Shown piece by piece: positions 1 through 13,247 of a DNA stretch of 64,000 nucleotides. Origin of the DNA: Octopus vulgaris (taxonomy: Eukaryota); contig OX597839.1 in assembly GCA_951406725.2 (NCBI GenBank), forward strand, positions 2,294,001 to 2,358,000, read 5' to 3'. Within the stretch, counting starts at the first letter, position 1, and each line of letters opens with the position of its first letter. The notes beneath the pieces were generated by a model. That model did no database searches. It was not told where the DNA came from and was given only the letters and a program-made list of their open reading frames with translations. The position numbers and the translations under genes were made by a program.

Positions 1-475
1 TGTTTTTTTTTGTCTTGGTGGCCTACAGCAAATATTCTGCTGAATACCACAGATTTTCTTGTCAGTTGTTTGACCATAACCAGTTGAACGATATGAACAT
101 TTCTGATCACGAGTAGGAGTAGTGGAAAACATCAGGACAATTTGTTGATAGGGATTCTCTGGAATTTGAATACTTCAGCCATGGAATCAAGGGTGTTTCG
201 TTCATCAACCTCAATAAAATCCTTATTCAGGGACCTTTTGAGTAGGATGGGTTACTCGATCTATACAAAAGTCTAACTCCTTGACCCCCCCACCAGACAC
301 TCCTGCAAGGTCGTATGCAGTTTATCTTGGTATAAGTTCACCATGTCGTGCACGCATGGTTGTGATGCATGTACCCAGTGTACCCTTATCAGACGGGTAG
401 TCGTGATGGGTATATTGAGCTTCATATATTTGCTATCCAGCGTCACTTTGATAGCATGCGCTAGTCTCTTACTCA

Positions 476-477
<2 letters not shown>
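1..477 (+). mobile_element. Unclassified interspersed repeat (family E), probably a retroposon 3' region ending ACTCAAT+(GAT)n
   Basis: 270-477 aligns by eye with the reverse complement of 52605-52800 (cctgcaaggtc..atggttgtgatg..gacgggtagtc..gatgggtata); 20-90 matches 16780-16835; simple-repeat tail. Confidence 0.6.
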
Positions 478-511
<34 letters not shown>

Positions 512-609
512 ACGACGACGATGACGACGATAACAATCGACCACATACAGGGCAACTCAGGAGACACAGTGGTCAATATGCTGCACATATAGCCTCCCAC
601 ATAATGAAA

Positions 610-870
610 ATTGGTGTGAACATAAACCATGACAGGTTGTACAAAATGCTGGATGAAGTTACTATTCTTTGGAATTTCAGTGTTCAGACTGATCGGGGGG
701 AATACAGGCCAACCTATTGGATATCGAGAAAATTCATGCTGAAAAAACGTCTCTTGATGGATGTTGCAGCCCTAGCTGACAAAACCAATCTTTGAAAACA
801 GCTGAAAAATTGAGTGAATATAAAAACTTGGAGATAGGAATGAGATGAATGTGGCATCAGAAAGCAACAG
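610..870 (+). pseudogene. Decayed RLE-type non-LTR retrotransposon (R4/Dong-like) endonuclease fragment
   Basis: Translation ILWNFSVQTDR..RP..LLMDVA..DK..KN/YKNLEIGMR matches the ILWDF.IQTD..RPD..LIDVA.P.D..EK..KY.DL motif; frameshifted; preceded by (GAT)n. Confidence 0.75.
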
Positions 871-1253
871 AAACAAAAAAAGAAAGAGCGAACAAAATAA
901 ACCTTTCACTGATCTCGTGTTTAACAATAAACAGTATAAAAACATGTCACTACAGATTAGCCAAAAATGTGGAGAACATTAGAGAGAAAAATGAAGAAAA
1001 TAGAAGAGACTTTGGCAGAATCAATGAATAAAGGTTGACGGAAATGTTTTTCCAAGCTGCACGCGCTCACGAAGTTCTGCGAAAAAATATCTACGTCTAT
1101 GAAAGGTGTACAAGAAATTTATGTTAATGGTAACGGAACACGAACATCAACAGGTGGAATGATTAACTCTATTCAGTCAGTAACCAGGTGAGTAGACTCG
1201 TATCCTTCTCAGCCGAACCTAACGACAAATAAAAGAAGAGAGGCACGTCGCTA

Positions 1254-1565
1254 GTGTGGCTGTGTGGTAAGAAGCTGGCTGCCCAACCACATGGTTTCGA
1301 GTTCAGTGCCAATGCGTGGCACCTTGGGAAAATGTCTTCTCCTATAACCTCAGGCCGACCAAAGTCTTCGGGGTGTATTTGGTGGACTGAAACTGAGAGA
1401 AACCTGTCGTATACGTCCCCGTCACTTAGCGGTTCGGCAAAAGAGACCGATAGAATAAGTACTGGACTTACAAAGAATAAGTCCCGGGGTCGATTTCTTC
1501 GACTAAAGGCGGTGCTCCAGCATGGCCGCAGTCAAATGACTGAAACAAGTAAAAGAGTAAAAGAG
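1254..1565 (+). mobile_element. tRNA-derived SINE family B, internally deleted
   Basis: A-box gtggctgtgtggtaag, B-box-like gagttcagtgcc, 3' end gactgaaacaagtaaaagagtaaaagag shared with many copies in the window. Confidence 0.85.
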
Positions 1566-1590
1566 TATATATGTATATATATATATATAT

Positions 1591-1839
1591 AAATGCGCCC
1601 TTTTAAAGCCTAGCCAGGCTCATGGACCCGGTTTCCCGGTTTCTATGACGTATGTGTTCCCCAGCTGGACGGGACGCCAGTCCATCGCAGCGTTACTCAT
1701 TTTTGCCAGCTGAGTGGACTGGAGCAACGTGAAATGAAGTGTATTGCTCAAGAACACAACGCGTCGCCCGGTCCAGGAATCGAGACCACAATCTTACGAT
1801 CATGGTGCTGACACCCTAACCACTAAGCTACACGCCTCC
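1591..1839 (-). mobile_element. tRNA-derived SINE family D
   Basis: Minus strand: ggaggcgtgtagcttagtggttaggg..tcgattcc (A/B boxes), CORE-like gtgttcttgagcaa..cacttcatttcacgttgctcc, distinct tail; relatives at 5098, 43850, 47422. Confidence 0.85.
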
Positions 1840-1841
1840 AC

Positions 1842-1932
<91 letters not shown>

Positions 1933-1973
1933 TTGTGTGTGTATGTGTGTGTATGTGTGTGTGTGTGTGTGTG

Positions 1974-2187
1974 TAATCAAAGAACAGGGAAAAGACACCA
2001 ACAAAAAAACATCAACGCGAGAACGTGGTACATGTAAACTATTAATAAGACGCTCAGAGAATGCAAAGAAAGATTGGTTGTTCTACATTTCGAGCAAAGC
2101 TCTTCTTCGGAAACAGGAGACTTAGGAAAGTCCAAAAGAAAAGGAAGAAGGAAGAGAAAAATCACCAACAGTTCACGTGTAGTTGCA
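1974..2187 (-). mobile_element. PLE-like ~200-bp terminal element with minimal hammerhead motif (HHR at 2080-2114)
   Basis: gttt-CCGAAGA-A-gagc-ttt-gctc-GAAA-tg-TA-gaac; homologous to 18302-18510; its 3' end is duplicated at 2384-2456; flanked by microsatellites. Confidence 0.65.
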
Positions 2188-2190
2188 TAT

Positions 2191-2273
<83 letters not shown>

Positions 2274-2309
2274 TGCGTATTTTCCCTTGTTAACAGTTAA
2301 CACGGATAA

Positions 2310-2375
<66 letters not shown>

Positions 2376-2561
2376 TGTGTTTGTAATTAATGGGGGAAAA
2401 GGACACAAACGAAAAACATCAACGCGAGAACGTGGTACATGTAAAGTATTAATAATTCCTTCGGAATAATATCAGTGATATCGTCGAAACGTGTCAAAAG
2501 TAAAAGTATTTGAATTACACCTGCGTTAAACACCATTCATTTATTTATACATATATATATA

Positions 2562-2918
2562 TAAAATTATAAATGAGGGTATCTACGAGATACCACTATG
2601 CTGAAAATAGCAGCCATGATCTGGCTTTAAAACCACCTAAGTTGTCCATATCCCAACACGGAGAAAAAACAAAGAGACAAGATAAAACTAGTATAAAATT
2701 ACTAGTTCCATCTTGTCTCTTTGCGAGTTTTTTCCGTGTTGATATATGGACAATTTAGGTGGTTTTAAAGCCAGATCATGGCTGCTATTTTCAGCATGGT
2801 GGTATCTCGTAGATACCTTAATTTATAATTTTAATAACCATTACCTTTGAAGGTTATTTTTTCCATGCTGACTACTTGATAAAATCGTTATTTTATTTTA
2901 AAATTAACGATCTTATCC
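2562..2918 (-). mobile_element. (TA)n-embedded foldback element (probable inverted PLE pLTR)
   Basis: Inverted arms 2562-2693 / 2700-2833; terminal hairpin 2878-2917 adjacent to aagtagtcagcatggaaaa (minus strand). Confidence 0.65.
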
Positions 2919-2954
<36 letters not shown>

Positions 2955-3134
2955 ATGTATATTTCGTTTTTGGATTTGGTTTGCGAGATTCTTTATGTGA
3001 GTTCATGTGTTGAAGCATATACTGTTGTGTTTGGGGAGCGTCATTCTCTTTTAGTGCCTTATAACTTACACTCACCGGTGAAATTTCCTCTCATTTCCTT
3101 CTTTATTTTTTTTTTTTATTTTCGTTGAGTCTTG

Positions 3135-3323
3135 CAAGGACAGACAAAGGGTTTAAATCAATTACATCGACCCCAGTGCGTAAATGGTACTTATTTAATC
3201 GACCCCGAAAGGATGAAAGGCAAAGTCGACCTCGGCGGAATTTGAACTCAGAACGTAGCGGCAGACGAAATACGGCTACGCATTTCGCCCGGCGTGCTAA
3301 CGTTTCTGCCAGCTCGCCGCCTT
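3135..3323 (-). mobile_element. tRNA-derived SINE family A
   Basis: ggcggcgagctggcagaaacgttagc..gagttcaaattcc..ggggtcgat; many near-identical copies in the window. Confidence 0.85.
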
Positions 3324-4309
3324 AAATTCCGTGCAATACCGATTATGTAAACAACTTAGGAGCCAACCCGGCGCAAGATGAAATCCCAACTGTATTGCGT
3401 GGAACGCAAAAGTTATAAATACAATATAGCACAATATAACACGATATCAACCACACAAGATGGACACTAACACAGCCTCGTTTTCAACTTTCATTATTGA
3501 CACACACAGAAACATAGATACATATCTACATAAATATCGTAAAACAAAATGGCGTTTATTCTTAACCAATCAATACGCAATCAGAAATTTCACTCTTTAT
3601 TTTTTTATCTTGTTTATGCGCCATGTCTATTTTTGTGCTGGTAGTTTTGATTCAGACCAGAAATATGCTCTAGCGTTGCTTTATTATATATGTCTTTATT
3701 TATTTATTTAATTTTTATTGTTCGATATATTTATTGTTTTTCGATTAGTTCTTTGTAAGGAATCGCCTATGGCTATTTTCCACCAGAAAACATCTCCACC
3801 TACAACTCAATTTATATTTTGGAACACACTTTCGGCGGTAGAGATGTATGTGCGCGCGTGTGTAAGTATGCATGCAAGTGTATATGTGTAAGTATACGTG
3901 TTTTTGTGTCTACACATACACACAACACACACACATACGTACACACATATATTGTATATATATATATTGACACACATATACATAAGTGTATATTATATAA
4001 ATATGTATATATATATATATATATAATATATATATATATACACACATATACATATGTGTATATATATATATGTATATAAATATGTATATATGTATATATA
4101 TATATATCTATATGTATTTATATATGAGATATATATATATATATCTCATATATAAATACATATAGATTATATATATTACATATATACACATATATATATA
4201 GTAAATATATATGGATGTATGCATACATACACACACAAGCTCACAAACACATATGTTTAGGCATATATGTGTAAATGTGTGTGTACATGACAGTCTCTAA
4301 TTACGTGTT

Positions 4310-4342
<33 letters not shown>

Positions 4343-4768
4343 GCGTGTGTGTGTGTAAACACATATTAGGTCTGGATGTACTGGTGACGAGATGGCTGAG
4401 ACTTTTGGGATTGGAATTTCTATCTACTTTTTCTTAGACATCGAAGACAACCACAAGTCAATGCCTTGGGGGAAGAATCGACTTTGATGGGATGGTGGGC
4501 CAGGGTGGGAGGTAAGCTTTGGTCGGAATGTTTACAGCAAAGGCAAATCTGCTAAAGGCATCCAAAGACCAGATGGACGTGGTGTAGGCGGTGATAGTGA
4601 TGGTGGTAGCTGTGGTGGTTGTGGTGGTAGTGGTAGCGGTGGTTGTTGCAGCTGTGGTGGTAGCGGCGGCGGTGGTAGGGTCGGCAATGCAAGTAGTAGG
4701 TTAGGTGGTGGTGTCGGTGGTGGTGGTAAGTACTTCAAATACAGATTTTGTTGCTGCTGCTGCTGCTG

Positions 4769-4815
<47 letters not shown>

Positions 4816-4933
4816 GCTACTGTACTACTGCAAGTGTTACTATTGTTACTAGTATAGCTATTACTATAAGTGCTGCTGCTGCTGATGATGATGATGATGA
4901 TACCACTGCTACTGCTATAGCTGTTACTACCAT

Positions 4934-4974
<41 letters not shown>

Positions 4975-5097
4975 ATAATACTAATACTAATACTGCTGCT
5001 ACTACTGCTGCTGCTGCTACTTATTGCAGGAGTGGAGGGCAAGTCCCATGGCCTTTTACAACAGACGCTGTTCCCACACTGCTTATATCGATGATGT

Positions 5098-5198
5098 GGA
5101 GGTGCGTGGCTTTGTGGTTCGGGTGTTGAGCTCATGATCGTAAGATTGCGGTTTCGATTCCTGGACCGAGCGACGATTGTGTTCTTGACCAAAACTCT
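5098..5198 (+). mobile_element. SINE family D head, 3'-truncated
   Basis: ggaggtgcgtggc..tggtt..ggtttcgattcctggacc matches the head of 1591-1839. Confidence 0.75.
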
Positions 5199-5200
5199 TG

Positions 5201-5262
<62 letters not shown>

Positions 5263-5265
<3 letters not shown>

Positions 5266-5427
5266 GACGGGCTTCTTTCAATTTCCGTCTATCAAATGCA
5301 CTCACAAAACGCTTTGTTCGGTTCGAGGCTATAGCAGAAGACACTTACCCAAGGTGCAGTGCAATGGGACTAAACTCAAGACCATATGGCTTGAAAGCAA
5401 GCCTCTCAACAACGCAGCCACTCCTGC
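5263..5427 (-). mobile_element. SINE family B 5' half
   Basis: acgacgggcttctttca..gaagacactt.cccaaggtgc..cagccactcctgcg. Confidence 0.8.
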
Positions 5428-5857
5428 GTGTCCAATATATATGTAAGAACGTAGATATATAAGATATTGACAGTGAGAGCTCAGGTTTTGTGTAATCGTG
5501 CACTCGTCAGCGAGGCGGAAATAATTTAATGGGCTGGCAAATTTATCTTGTTTGGTTTCAGCGATCTAAGTAATCAGATCGCAAAAATAATAGATTGAAA
5601 TTCATAGCATAGCCTGGAAGTGGAACATATATGATAATACTGAAATTGCAGTCACTGCATTCCACATAAATATGGTCTATCTGGGTGGAAGAGTAATTTG
5701 TATTTGTTTTATCTAGAGTATATCTCAAAAAATATTCTGTATTGTAGCAGAGATGAAAACTGGTCAATACTAAAGAGTATAAAGCTCCTAAACATATTGT
5801 TATACAGTGATCTGTTGCATATACAATACATAGATTCAATATATATACATATATACA

Positions 5858-5956
<99 letters not shown>

Positions 5957-6270
5957 CTAAGTGTGTTTGTTAAAGCATAAATATATCAAATTTTTTTTCT
6001 TGGATCTAGAAATCTCAGGTTTCGTGCATGCGTGCAATCGGCAGCGACGCGGAAATAATTTAGTAGGCAAACAAATAGATATGCGCGAAATTTGAGATCT
6101 CGTTGCTAGAAAAGAATATTTATGTTTTTTTATGTTTTAATCAGCATTTTATATATTTATTTTCCGACACGTATCCTGGACGTATCCTGCTTGTGAATGT
6201 ACGTCAGATCACTGGGCATTCTTACATTTAGACCTATATGCATACGTATAGGTATAAATGAATGTGCGTG

Positions 6271-6341
<71 letters not shown>

Positions 6342-6362
6342 ATTTATAATTTGTGAGTCGTG

Positions 6363-6583
6363 GCACTCCGTCGTTTACGACGACGTGAGCTCCAGTTGAT
6401 CCGATGAACGGAACAGTCTGCACATGAAATTAACGTGCAAATGGCTGAGCACTCCGCAGACACGTGTACCCTTAACGTAGTTCTCGGGGAGATTCAGCGT
6501 AACACAGAGTGTGACAAGGCTGGCCTTTTGAAATACAGGTACAACAGAAAGAAGAAGAAAGAGTGAGAGAAAGTTGTGGTGAA
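6363..6583 (-). mobile_element. SINE family C 3' portion
   Basis: Matches 40494-40715 (gcactccgtcg..gaaattaacgtg..acacgtgtacccttaacgtag). Confidence 0.8.
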
Positions 6584-6635
6584 AATAATCGCCAACAAAC
6601 CACATGTAGTTACATTTTAGAATGATATATATATG

Positions 6636-6679
<44 letters not shown>

Positions 6680-6682
<3 letters not shown>

Positions 6683-7050
6683 TACATCTACATACACACT
6701 ATGTAGGTCTCTCAGCTTCTTTGGGACGATATTGAAGAGCTGTGGGCCCTTGAATCGCAAGCTGTTGCCGTATTTGTTGCAGTATTTTGCCAGCAGAGAA
6801 GGGATTTTAAATTGTATGCAATGAAGCCTTGTTCTGGCGTTTGTGTAACTTTCAAGTTAGGGGCAAGTCCTTCCAAGATCTTCCACAAACATATTGCAGC
6901 ATATCATTCCTGCTTCCGTTCCAGGGACTAAAGTCTGACACTCACGAGTCTTTCCCTGTAGCTAATTTGCTACATTGAGGCTATGACCTTCATGTTCTTT
7001 CACTGGACTGCTTCGAGGTCCGCAAATAATTTCACGTTGTATTGTGACCA
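6680..7050 (-). pseudogene. Decayed CR1-group LINE RT C-terminal fragment
   Basis: Minus-strand translation LEAVQ..SYRERL..SLERKQE.Y..WKILEGLAPN..KGPQLFNIVPKKLR with in-frame stops. Confidence 0.75.
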
Positions 7051-7613
7051 TCAAAGGGAGCGATAATAAAAAAAAAAACTACAATTAGCTAAAGAATATA
7101 AATCGCAATTTCACAACAAACAATAGATAAGTACTTACTGAATGTATGTACTAATTAAAGTTCTCCAAATTTGCTAAACGAACGAATTTCCAGAGAAATA
7201 AACGCTGTGAACGAGAACGGCTTAGAAATAATTTTGTATAAAATGTAAGAGACAGCTTTCAGATAAAATTTTACTATAATTTAAGGATAAACATATACCA
7301 TATGTGAGAATATATGTATGTGTATATATATATATATATATACACACACTCACAGATACATATATGTGTGCGTGCGTGTGTATGCATATATAATACATAC
7401 ATATACTTAAGCAATAACAAATCAAAAGAAAATTTCTGTTATAAAACGTCTAGACGGTTACATATAAAATGGCAATCTATTCAAGGCATCTGTAGATAAA
7501 TAATGGGAAACATTATTATATGTATATGTATGCAAAATATGAACATGCATACGTGCATATACCGACATGTATATACATACTTACACACACATATGTGTAA
7601 GTACAAACATATA

Positions 7614-7718
<105 letters not shown>

Positions 7719-7747
7719 TTCTGTATGGAAAATTTATGTGATACATA

Positions 7748-7797
<50 letters not shown>

Positions 7798-7811
7798 CAT
7801 ATACATATATG

Positions 7812-7864
<53 letters not shown>

Positions 7865-8330
7865 GTGTGTGTTTACATATATGCATCTATATATGTGTAC
7901 ATATATTTATATGTATGTATGTATACATATATGTATAAATATATATATATGTATACATATATGCGTCCACATATTTATATATATATATACATAAATGTAT
8001 ATGCATATACATAAAAATTTATTTATGTGTGTGTATATATACACACATGTGCATGTATGTATGTATACACACACACGCACACACTAGTATTTATGCTGTC
8101 AAAACTGACGGCATTTCAAAGAAATAACTCGAGACTGCTATTTAATAAATACATTGACATAAAATAAATTCCATATATTTGATATAATAAACTTGCATAC
8201 TAAGATTATTTAAGAAGTTTTTATTGGAAATGCTTTCACGGACTGAATCCAAAATGAATTACATAAATGCGATTTACATAAGTGTCTTAATCCTCTACTG
8301 AGGTTGAAACAATAGCAACTTCACTTAATG

Positions 8331-8531
8331 CAGTGCTTTTCAGACTTTTTGCTGGAGCGGAACCCCAAGGAAACATTCCACTGGCTCGAGGAACCCCTGT
8401 GCAATAATTTAATAGTCTTATGCATACATATCTGCACAGGAGACTTGAAAATTACTGCCGATTTTAGCAGTTTTGTAACTTCTTGCGGAACCCCTGGACT
8501 GTACTGGCGGAACCCTGGTTGAAAACCACTG
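8331..8531. mobile_element. hAT (Charlie-type) MITE, 201 bp
   Basis: Termini cagtgcttttca / tgaaaaccactg; perfect 8-bp TSD acttaatg at 8323-8330 and 8532-8539. Confidence 0.9.
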
Positions 8532-8552
8532 ACTTAATGTATCGATACTTTA

Positions 8553-8720
8553 TCTTTTACGTGTTACAATCATTGGAGCGCAACAATGCTGGAGCATCGC
8601 CTTAAAAGATTTGAAGTCTGGTATATATTTTTATTGGTCTCTTTTTCCGAAAACGTTCAGTTTTGGGGGCGAAAACAAACTGACACCGGTTGTCAAGTAA
8701 TGTAGTGTGGAGACAACCAC
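8553..8720 (-). mobile_element. Degenerate SINE family B 3' half
   Basis: tgctggagcatcgcct..tattggtctcttttt.ccgaa..aaac..caccggttgtcaag. Confidence 0.6.
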
Positions 8721-8761
8721 GAAGACAAACACAACAGCACATATATACATACCACATGCCG

Positions 8762-8965
8762 TTCAAGAATTTGGACCTGGATATCTCCATTTCCAGTGAC
8801 TTCGAGGGTCACCTCCCAGTGGTGTCGGGCATCAACAAGGAGCCCTCGACTACAACAAGACGACCAAAGTTTTTTTTTCCAAGGTCTGGGGTCTCCCGGC
8901 CCTAAGCCCTAGACCATCACCTAATCACCCTTACCCGTCTTGTTGCTTAACAACAGCAACAACAA
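8762..8965 (+). mobile_element. Unclassified repeat family F (retroposon-like 3' end with (AAC)n tail), copy 1
   Basis: Closely similar to 55743-55972 over ~190 bp; both end cccgtcttgttgcttaacaac. Confidence 0.75.
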
Positions 8966-9119
8966 CTACATACCACATATACAAATTGTTACATGTGTGA
9001 GCGTGTGTCTGTGTGTCTGTGCCTGTGTGTGTATAAGTATAAATGTATGTTTATACGAAAATTATATGCATATATGTGTATGTATATATGTATGTATGTA
9101 TGTTTATACATATGTATAA

Positions 9120-9554
9120 GCTTTGTTATGAGGATTCATACGAATCAAGGCACATCAATTTGTAGAAATCAGCAGATGAACAAAGAATATTGCTCAGAAA
9201 TATGGCTGTCAATGAACAACAGGAGAACAACATTGACAGAATTCTTTTCACTGTGCATCAATGACAGCAGAAACATTACTTTAAGCTGAAGAAGCCATGT
9301 ATTTCACTTGGAGCAGCAGTGAAAAAGAATGGTAAAGAAGAAAGCGAAGAGAAGAAGTCGAAGGCCATTTGAACATTTTCAAAGAAGAAACACTTGGTTG
9401 TGTTTATGTTGTCACGCCAAAGGCAGGAGAACTGTGTTATTTATGAAGTTTATTGCATGAAGTTTGAAATAGTATTCTTTCCTTTCCCGCCGCGCATCGA
9501 CATTTTCAACATCGACTGGTTGTGACCCAACGGGTCACGGCGGAGTACATCTAG
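9120..9554 (+). mobile_element. Deleted Helitron: RepHel coding fragment joined to a canonical 3' terminus
   Basis: RTTLTEFFSLC..YFTW..KEW.RRK..LGCVYVVTPKAGELCYL.SLLHEV matches the Helitron TTLT.FF..YTW..LGRVY.V.P..E.YYLRLLL motif; hairpin gtgaccc-aac-gggtcac (9522-9538) then CTAG|T at 9551-9554. Confidence 0.85.
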
Positions 9555-9609
9555 TATATGTGTGTGTGTCTATCTATCTATTTATCTATCTATCTACTTC
9601 TCTCTCTCC

Positions 9610-9647
<38 letters not shown>

Positions 9648-9656
9648 TTATATATG

Positions 9657-9750
<94 letters not shown>

Positions 9751-10110
9751 GTAATAACAAAGGGTGAAATTAATTAATTAAGAAGTAATCAGTAATTTCA
9801 CCAAGTAGAATTCAGCATGTAAAAGACCAATTCATGGTAAGTTTAAGTAATACTAAATAATTAGGGTTCAGCAACGATTTGCCTCACCACATACTGAAGT
9901 TTAGAAATAGCAGTCAAAATCCTGGCTATTCTTTCTACTTTAAAGGGAAATCCCAGAAAAACCAAAGCACTCAAGAACAAACCACGCAGGTAAAAGGGAA
10001 AAAAATGACGAAAATCATTCTTTAAAGTAGAAAGAATAGCCAGGATTTTGACTGCTATTTCTAAACTTCAGTATGTGGTGAGGCAAATTGTTGCTGAACC
10101 CTAATTATTT
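9751..10110 (+). mobile_element. (TA)n-embedded foldback element
   Basis: 91-bp inverted arms 9855-9945 / 10020-10110 (1 mismatch); terminal hairpin 9763-9802 + aagtagaattcagcatgtaaaa; homolog at 59656-59842. Confidence 0.75.
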
Positions 10111-10364
10111 TGTATATATATATATATGTATATATATATATCAATGTATATATAAATACAAGATCCAAGGATCGAGGTGTAGGAAGACAGTTAGTTTCAA
10201 GCAATCCATTGAATCTTCCATGTGTTAACATGTACCTCCTTGTATATTCAGTCGAAGAAACTTAGTCATCCTGTAAATAAAATGAAGGAAGTAATTACAA
10301 TAGAACAGCCTTCAACACGTGACAATGTTTAGAAGTCATGATACAATGTAATAATAAAAATAAT

Positions 10365-10576
10365 AATCCTTTCTACTAAAGGCACAAGGGCTGAAACTTT
10401 TGGGAAGGCACTAGTCGATTACTTCGACCCCAGTGTTTTACTGGTACTTAATTTATCGACACCGAAAGGATGAAAGGGAAAGTCGACCCTGGCGGAATTT
10501 GAACTCAGAGCATAAAAACAGATGATATGCTTCAAAGCAATTTTCCCGGTGTGCTAACGATTCTGCTAGCTTGCCG
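10365..10576 (-). mobile_element. Diverged SINE family A (alternative tail)
   Basis: tcgacc..ggcggaatttgaactcag..gtgctaacgattctgc.agct.gccg. Confidence 0.75.
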
Positions 10577-10593
10577 TCATGAATAATAAAAAC

Positions 10594-10745
10594 GAGAAGA
10601 AGAAGAAGAAGAAGAAGAAGAAGAAGAAGAAGAAGAAGAAGAAGAAGAAGAAGAAGAAGAAGGAGGAGGAGGAGAAGGCGGAGGAAGAGGAGGAGGAGGA
10701 GGAGAAGAAGAAGAAGAAGAAGAAGAAGAAGAAGAAGAAGAAGAA

Positions 10746-10798
<53 letters not shown>

Positions 10799-10972
10799 GA
10801 AGAAAGAAGAAGAAGAAGAAGGCGGAGGAGAAGGAGGATGAGGAGAAGAAGAAGAAGAAAAAGAAGAAGAAGAAAAAGAAGAAGTAAAGAAGAAGAAGAA
10901 GAAGAAGAAGAAGAAGAAGAAGAAGAAGAAAAAGAAAAAGAAGAAGAAGAAGAAGAAGAAGAAGAAGAAGAA

Positions 10973-11005
<33 letters not shown>

Positions 11006-11150
11006 GATGATGATGATGATGATGAGAAGAAGAAGAAGAAGAAGAAGAAGAAGAAGAAGAAGAAGAAGAAGAACAACAACAACAACAACAACAACAACAA
11101 GATGATGATGATGATGAAGATGATGATGATGATGATGGCAATGACGACGA
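10594..11150. repeat. Compound trinucleotide array (GAA/GAG/GAT/CAA)
   Basis: Directly visible. Confidence 0.95.
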
Positions 11151-11289
11151 TAAATAAAAAAAAATAATAAATTTTACTTGAAATATAACAGACATCACGT
11201 TTTAAGTAAAGGAAACTCTTCAGAAATTCAAGGAAATAACGATTGCGTGACTTTCAAAGTAGCTGATAGGTTTTAACTTTTAACAGGAT

Positions 11290-11671
11290 TATTACTGGAA
11301 AGTTTTTTTTTAAAAAAAAACAATAAATGGCTGTTTAATTTATAACTATGTGTGTACGCATCTCACTGTGTGCGTATGAGAGTATATTGTGTGTACATGT
11401 ACACATAACATATACATACACATATATTTATATATGCATATACGCACATACACATATATATGTATATATATATATATACATACATATATATGTGTGTTTG
11501 TATATTATTGGAAAGTTTTTTAAAAAAAACAATAAATGGCTGTTTAATTTATAACTATGTGTGTACGCATCTCACTGTGTGCGTATGAGAGTATATTGTG
11601 TGTACATGTACACATAACATATACATACACATATATTTATATATGCATATACGCACATACACATATATATG

Positions 11672-11711
<40 letters not shown>

Positions 11712-11748
11712 CATACATATATATGTGTGTTTGTATGTATATATATAT
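11290..11748. repeat. Local tandem duplication, ~210-bp unit x2
   Basis: ggaaagttttt..caataaatggctgtttaatttataactatgtgtgtacgcatctcactgtg occurs at ~11297 and ~11510. Confidence 0.85.
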
Positions 11749-12498
11749 TTTTAATTGGTTGTTCCTTATCGTTTCTATGTTCTCACATCAGCAAAACGAC
11801 ACGAATTTCTTTACTAAATGGCGGCGTAACAGAAAAAATAAAACAAAAGACAGACACACTAAAAGAAAAAAAAAGAACAGTGATGTTCTGTAATGACGTC
11901 ATAAACTTGCAGCTGTTTAAATTTCAATGATGTTTTATTGTAAAGGTTCCTTGTCGTGACTATTTTATCCCATCAGTACAAAGACATGAACTGATAAAAA
12001 GTGGTTAAAAGTTATACAAAGATGGACGTCAGTGGAAATGTATGACGTCATAAATTTTTACGATTTCAAATATTTTTGCTCTTGTTGTTGTTTTAATCGC
12101 GGATACTACTTGTCACAAATATTTTATCTCATTCGAACTATGACGATTATTTGAGTAAGTCATCATCATCATCCTCATCATCTTCATCATCATCATCATC
12201 TTCATCATCATCATCATCATCATCATCCCCAGCCTGGACTTTACTGGCACGCGGCGCAGGACTCGGAATGCTCATAATGTAATACAGAATACTGGATTTA
12301 ACTGGATTCCGAACTCTTGCTCCTGTGTTTCATATTGGTTTCAAATTATGGCACAAGGCCAGCAATTTCAGGGATGGGAGCGATGGATGACCGAGATGGG
12401 CAAGCTGGTTATATCGACTTCGGTATCAAATTGGTACTTATTTTATCGACCCCAAAAGTCTGGTATATATATAATTATTATTTGAGGGAATATAATCC

Positions 12499-12787
12499 AA
12501 ATTATGGGCTAGGAAAGATACTCGAAACTTTTTTGATATACCTATGGGGGCACCAGATTCTGCTCAGGCTACTGATTTAGTAGGTATTTATTTATTATCA
12601 GAATAAATTATGGGCTAGGAAAGATACTAGAAACATTTTGATATAACTATGGGGGCACCAGATTCTGCTCAGGCTACTGATTTAGTAGGTATTTATTTAT
12701 TATCAGAATAAATTATGGGCTAGGAAAGATACTAGAAACTTTTTTGATATACCTATGAGGGCACCAGATTTTGCTCAGGCTATTGAT
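12499..12787. repeat. ~106-bp tandem repeat, ~2.7 copies
   Basis: aaattatgggctaggaaagatact starts at 12499, 12605 and 12710. Confidence 0.9.
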
Positions 12788-12891
12788 CATACATACATAC
12801 ATACATACATACATACATACATACATACATACATACATACATACATACATACATACATACATACATACATAAATATGTATACATGTATTTA

Positions 12892-13073
12892 TAATCATTG
12901 GCTATGCTTGACCGCTACATCTACAAGTTTTTTTTATTCTCTCTGTTTATTTTCTCTGAAGAGCGTAGGCCCGAAACGTAAAAAACTTTCATTTTCTCGT
13001 GCGTCAAACTAATACACCTGTTTTTTGTTCATATAAATGTGTTCATCTTCTGTTTTTTTATAAATTTCAACAA
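12892..13073 (+). mobile_element. PLE-like terminal element with degenerate hammerhead motif (12950-12984)
   Basis: tttt-ctctga-A-gagcgtaggccc-GAAA-cg-TA-aaaa; homologous to the 58163 and 61547 copies. Confidence 0.6.
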
Positions 13074-13155
13074 TATATATATTTAGGAATAGAGAGAAAG
13101 AGAGAGAGAAATAGCTAGCTGTATAGGTAGGTAGGTAGGTAGGTAGGTAAGTAGG

Positions 13156-13247
<92 letters not shown>

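Noticed and set aside
10453-11198. Low-complexity acidic/basic protein ORFs
   Set aside because: Compound trinucleotide microsatellite, open in several frames on both strands.
11890-12055. Two TGACGTCA (CRE) sites as a regulatory module
   Set aside because: No linked gene or TSS evidence; such palindromes are common in DNA-transposon remnants.
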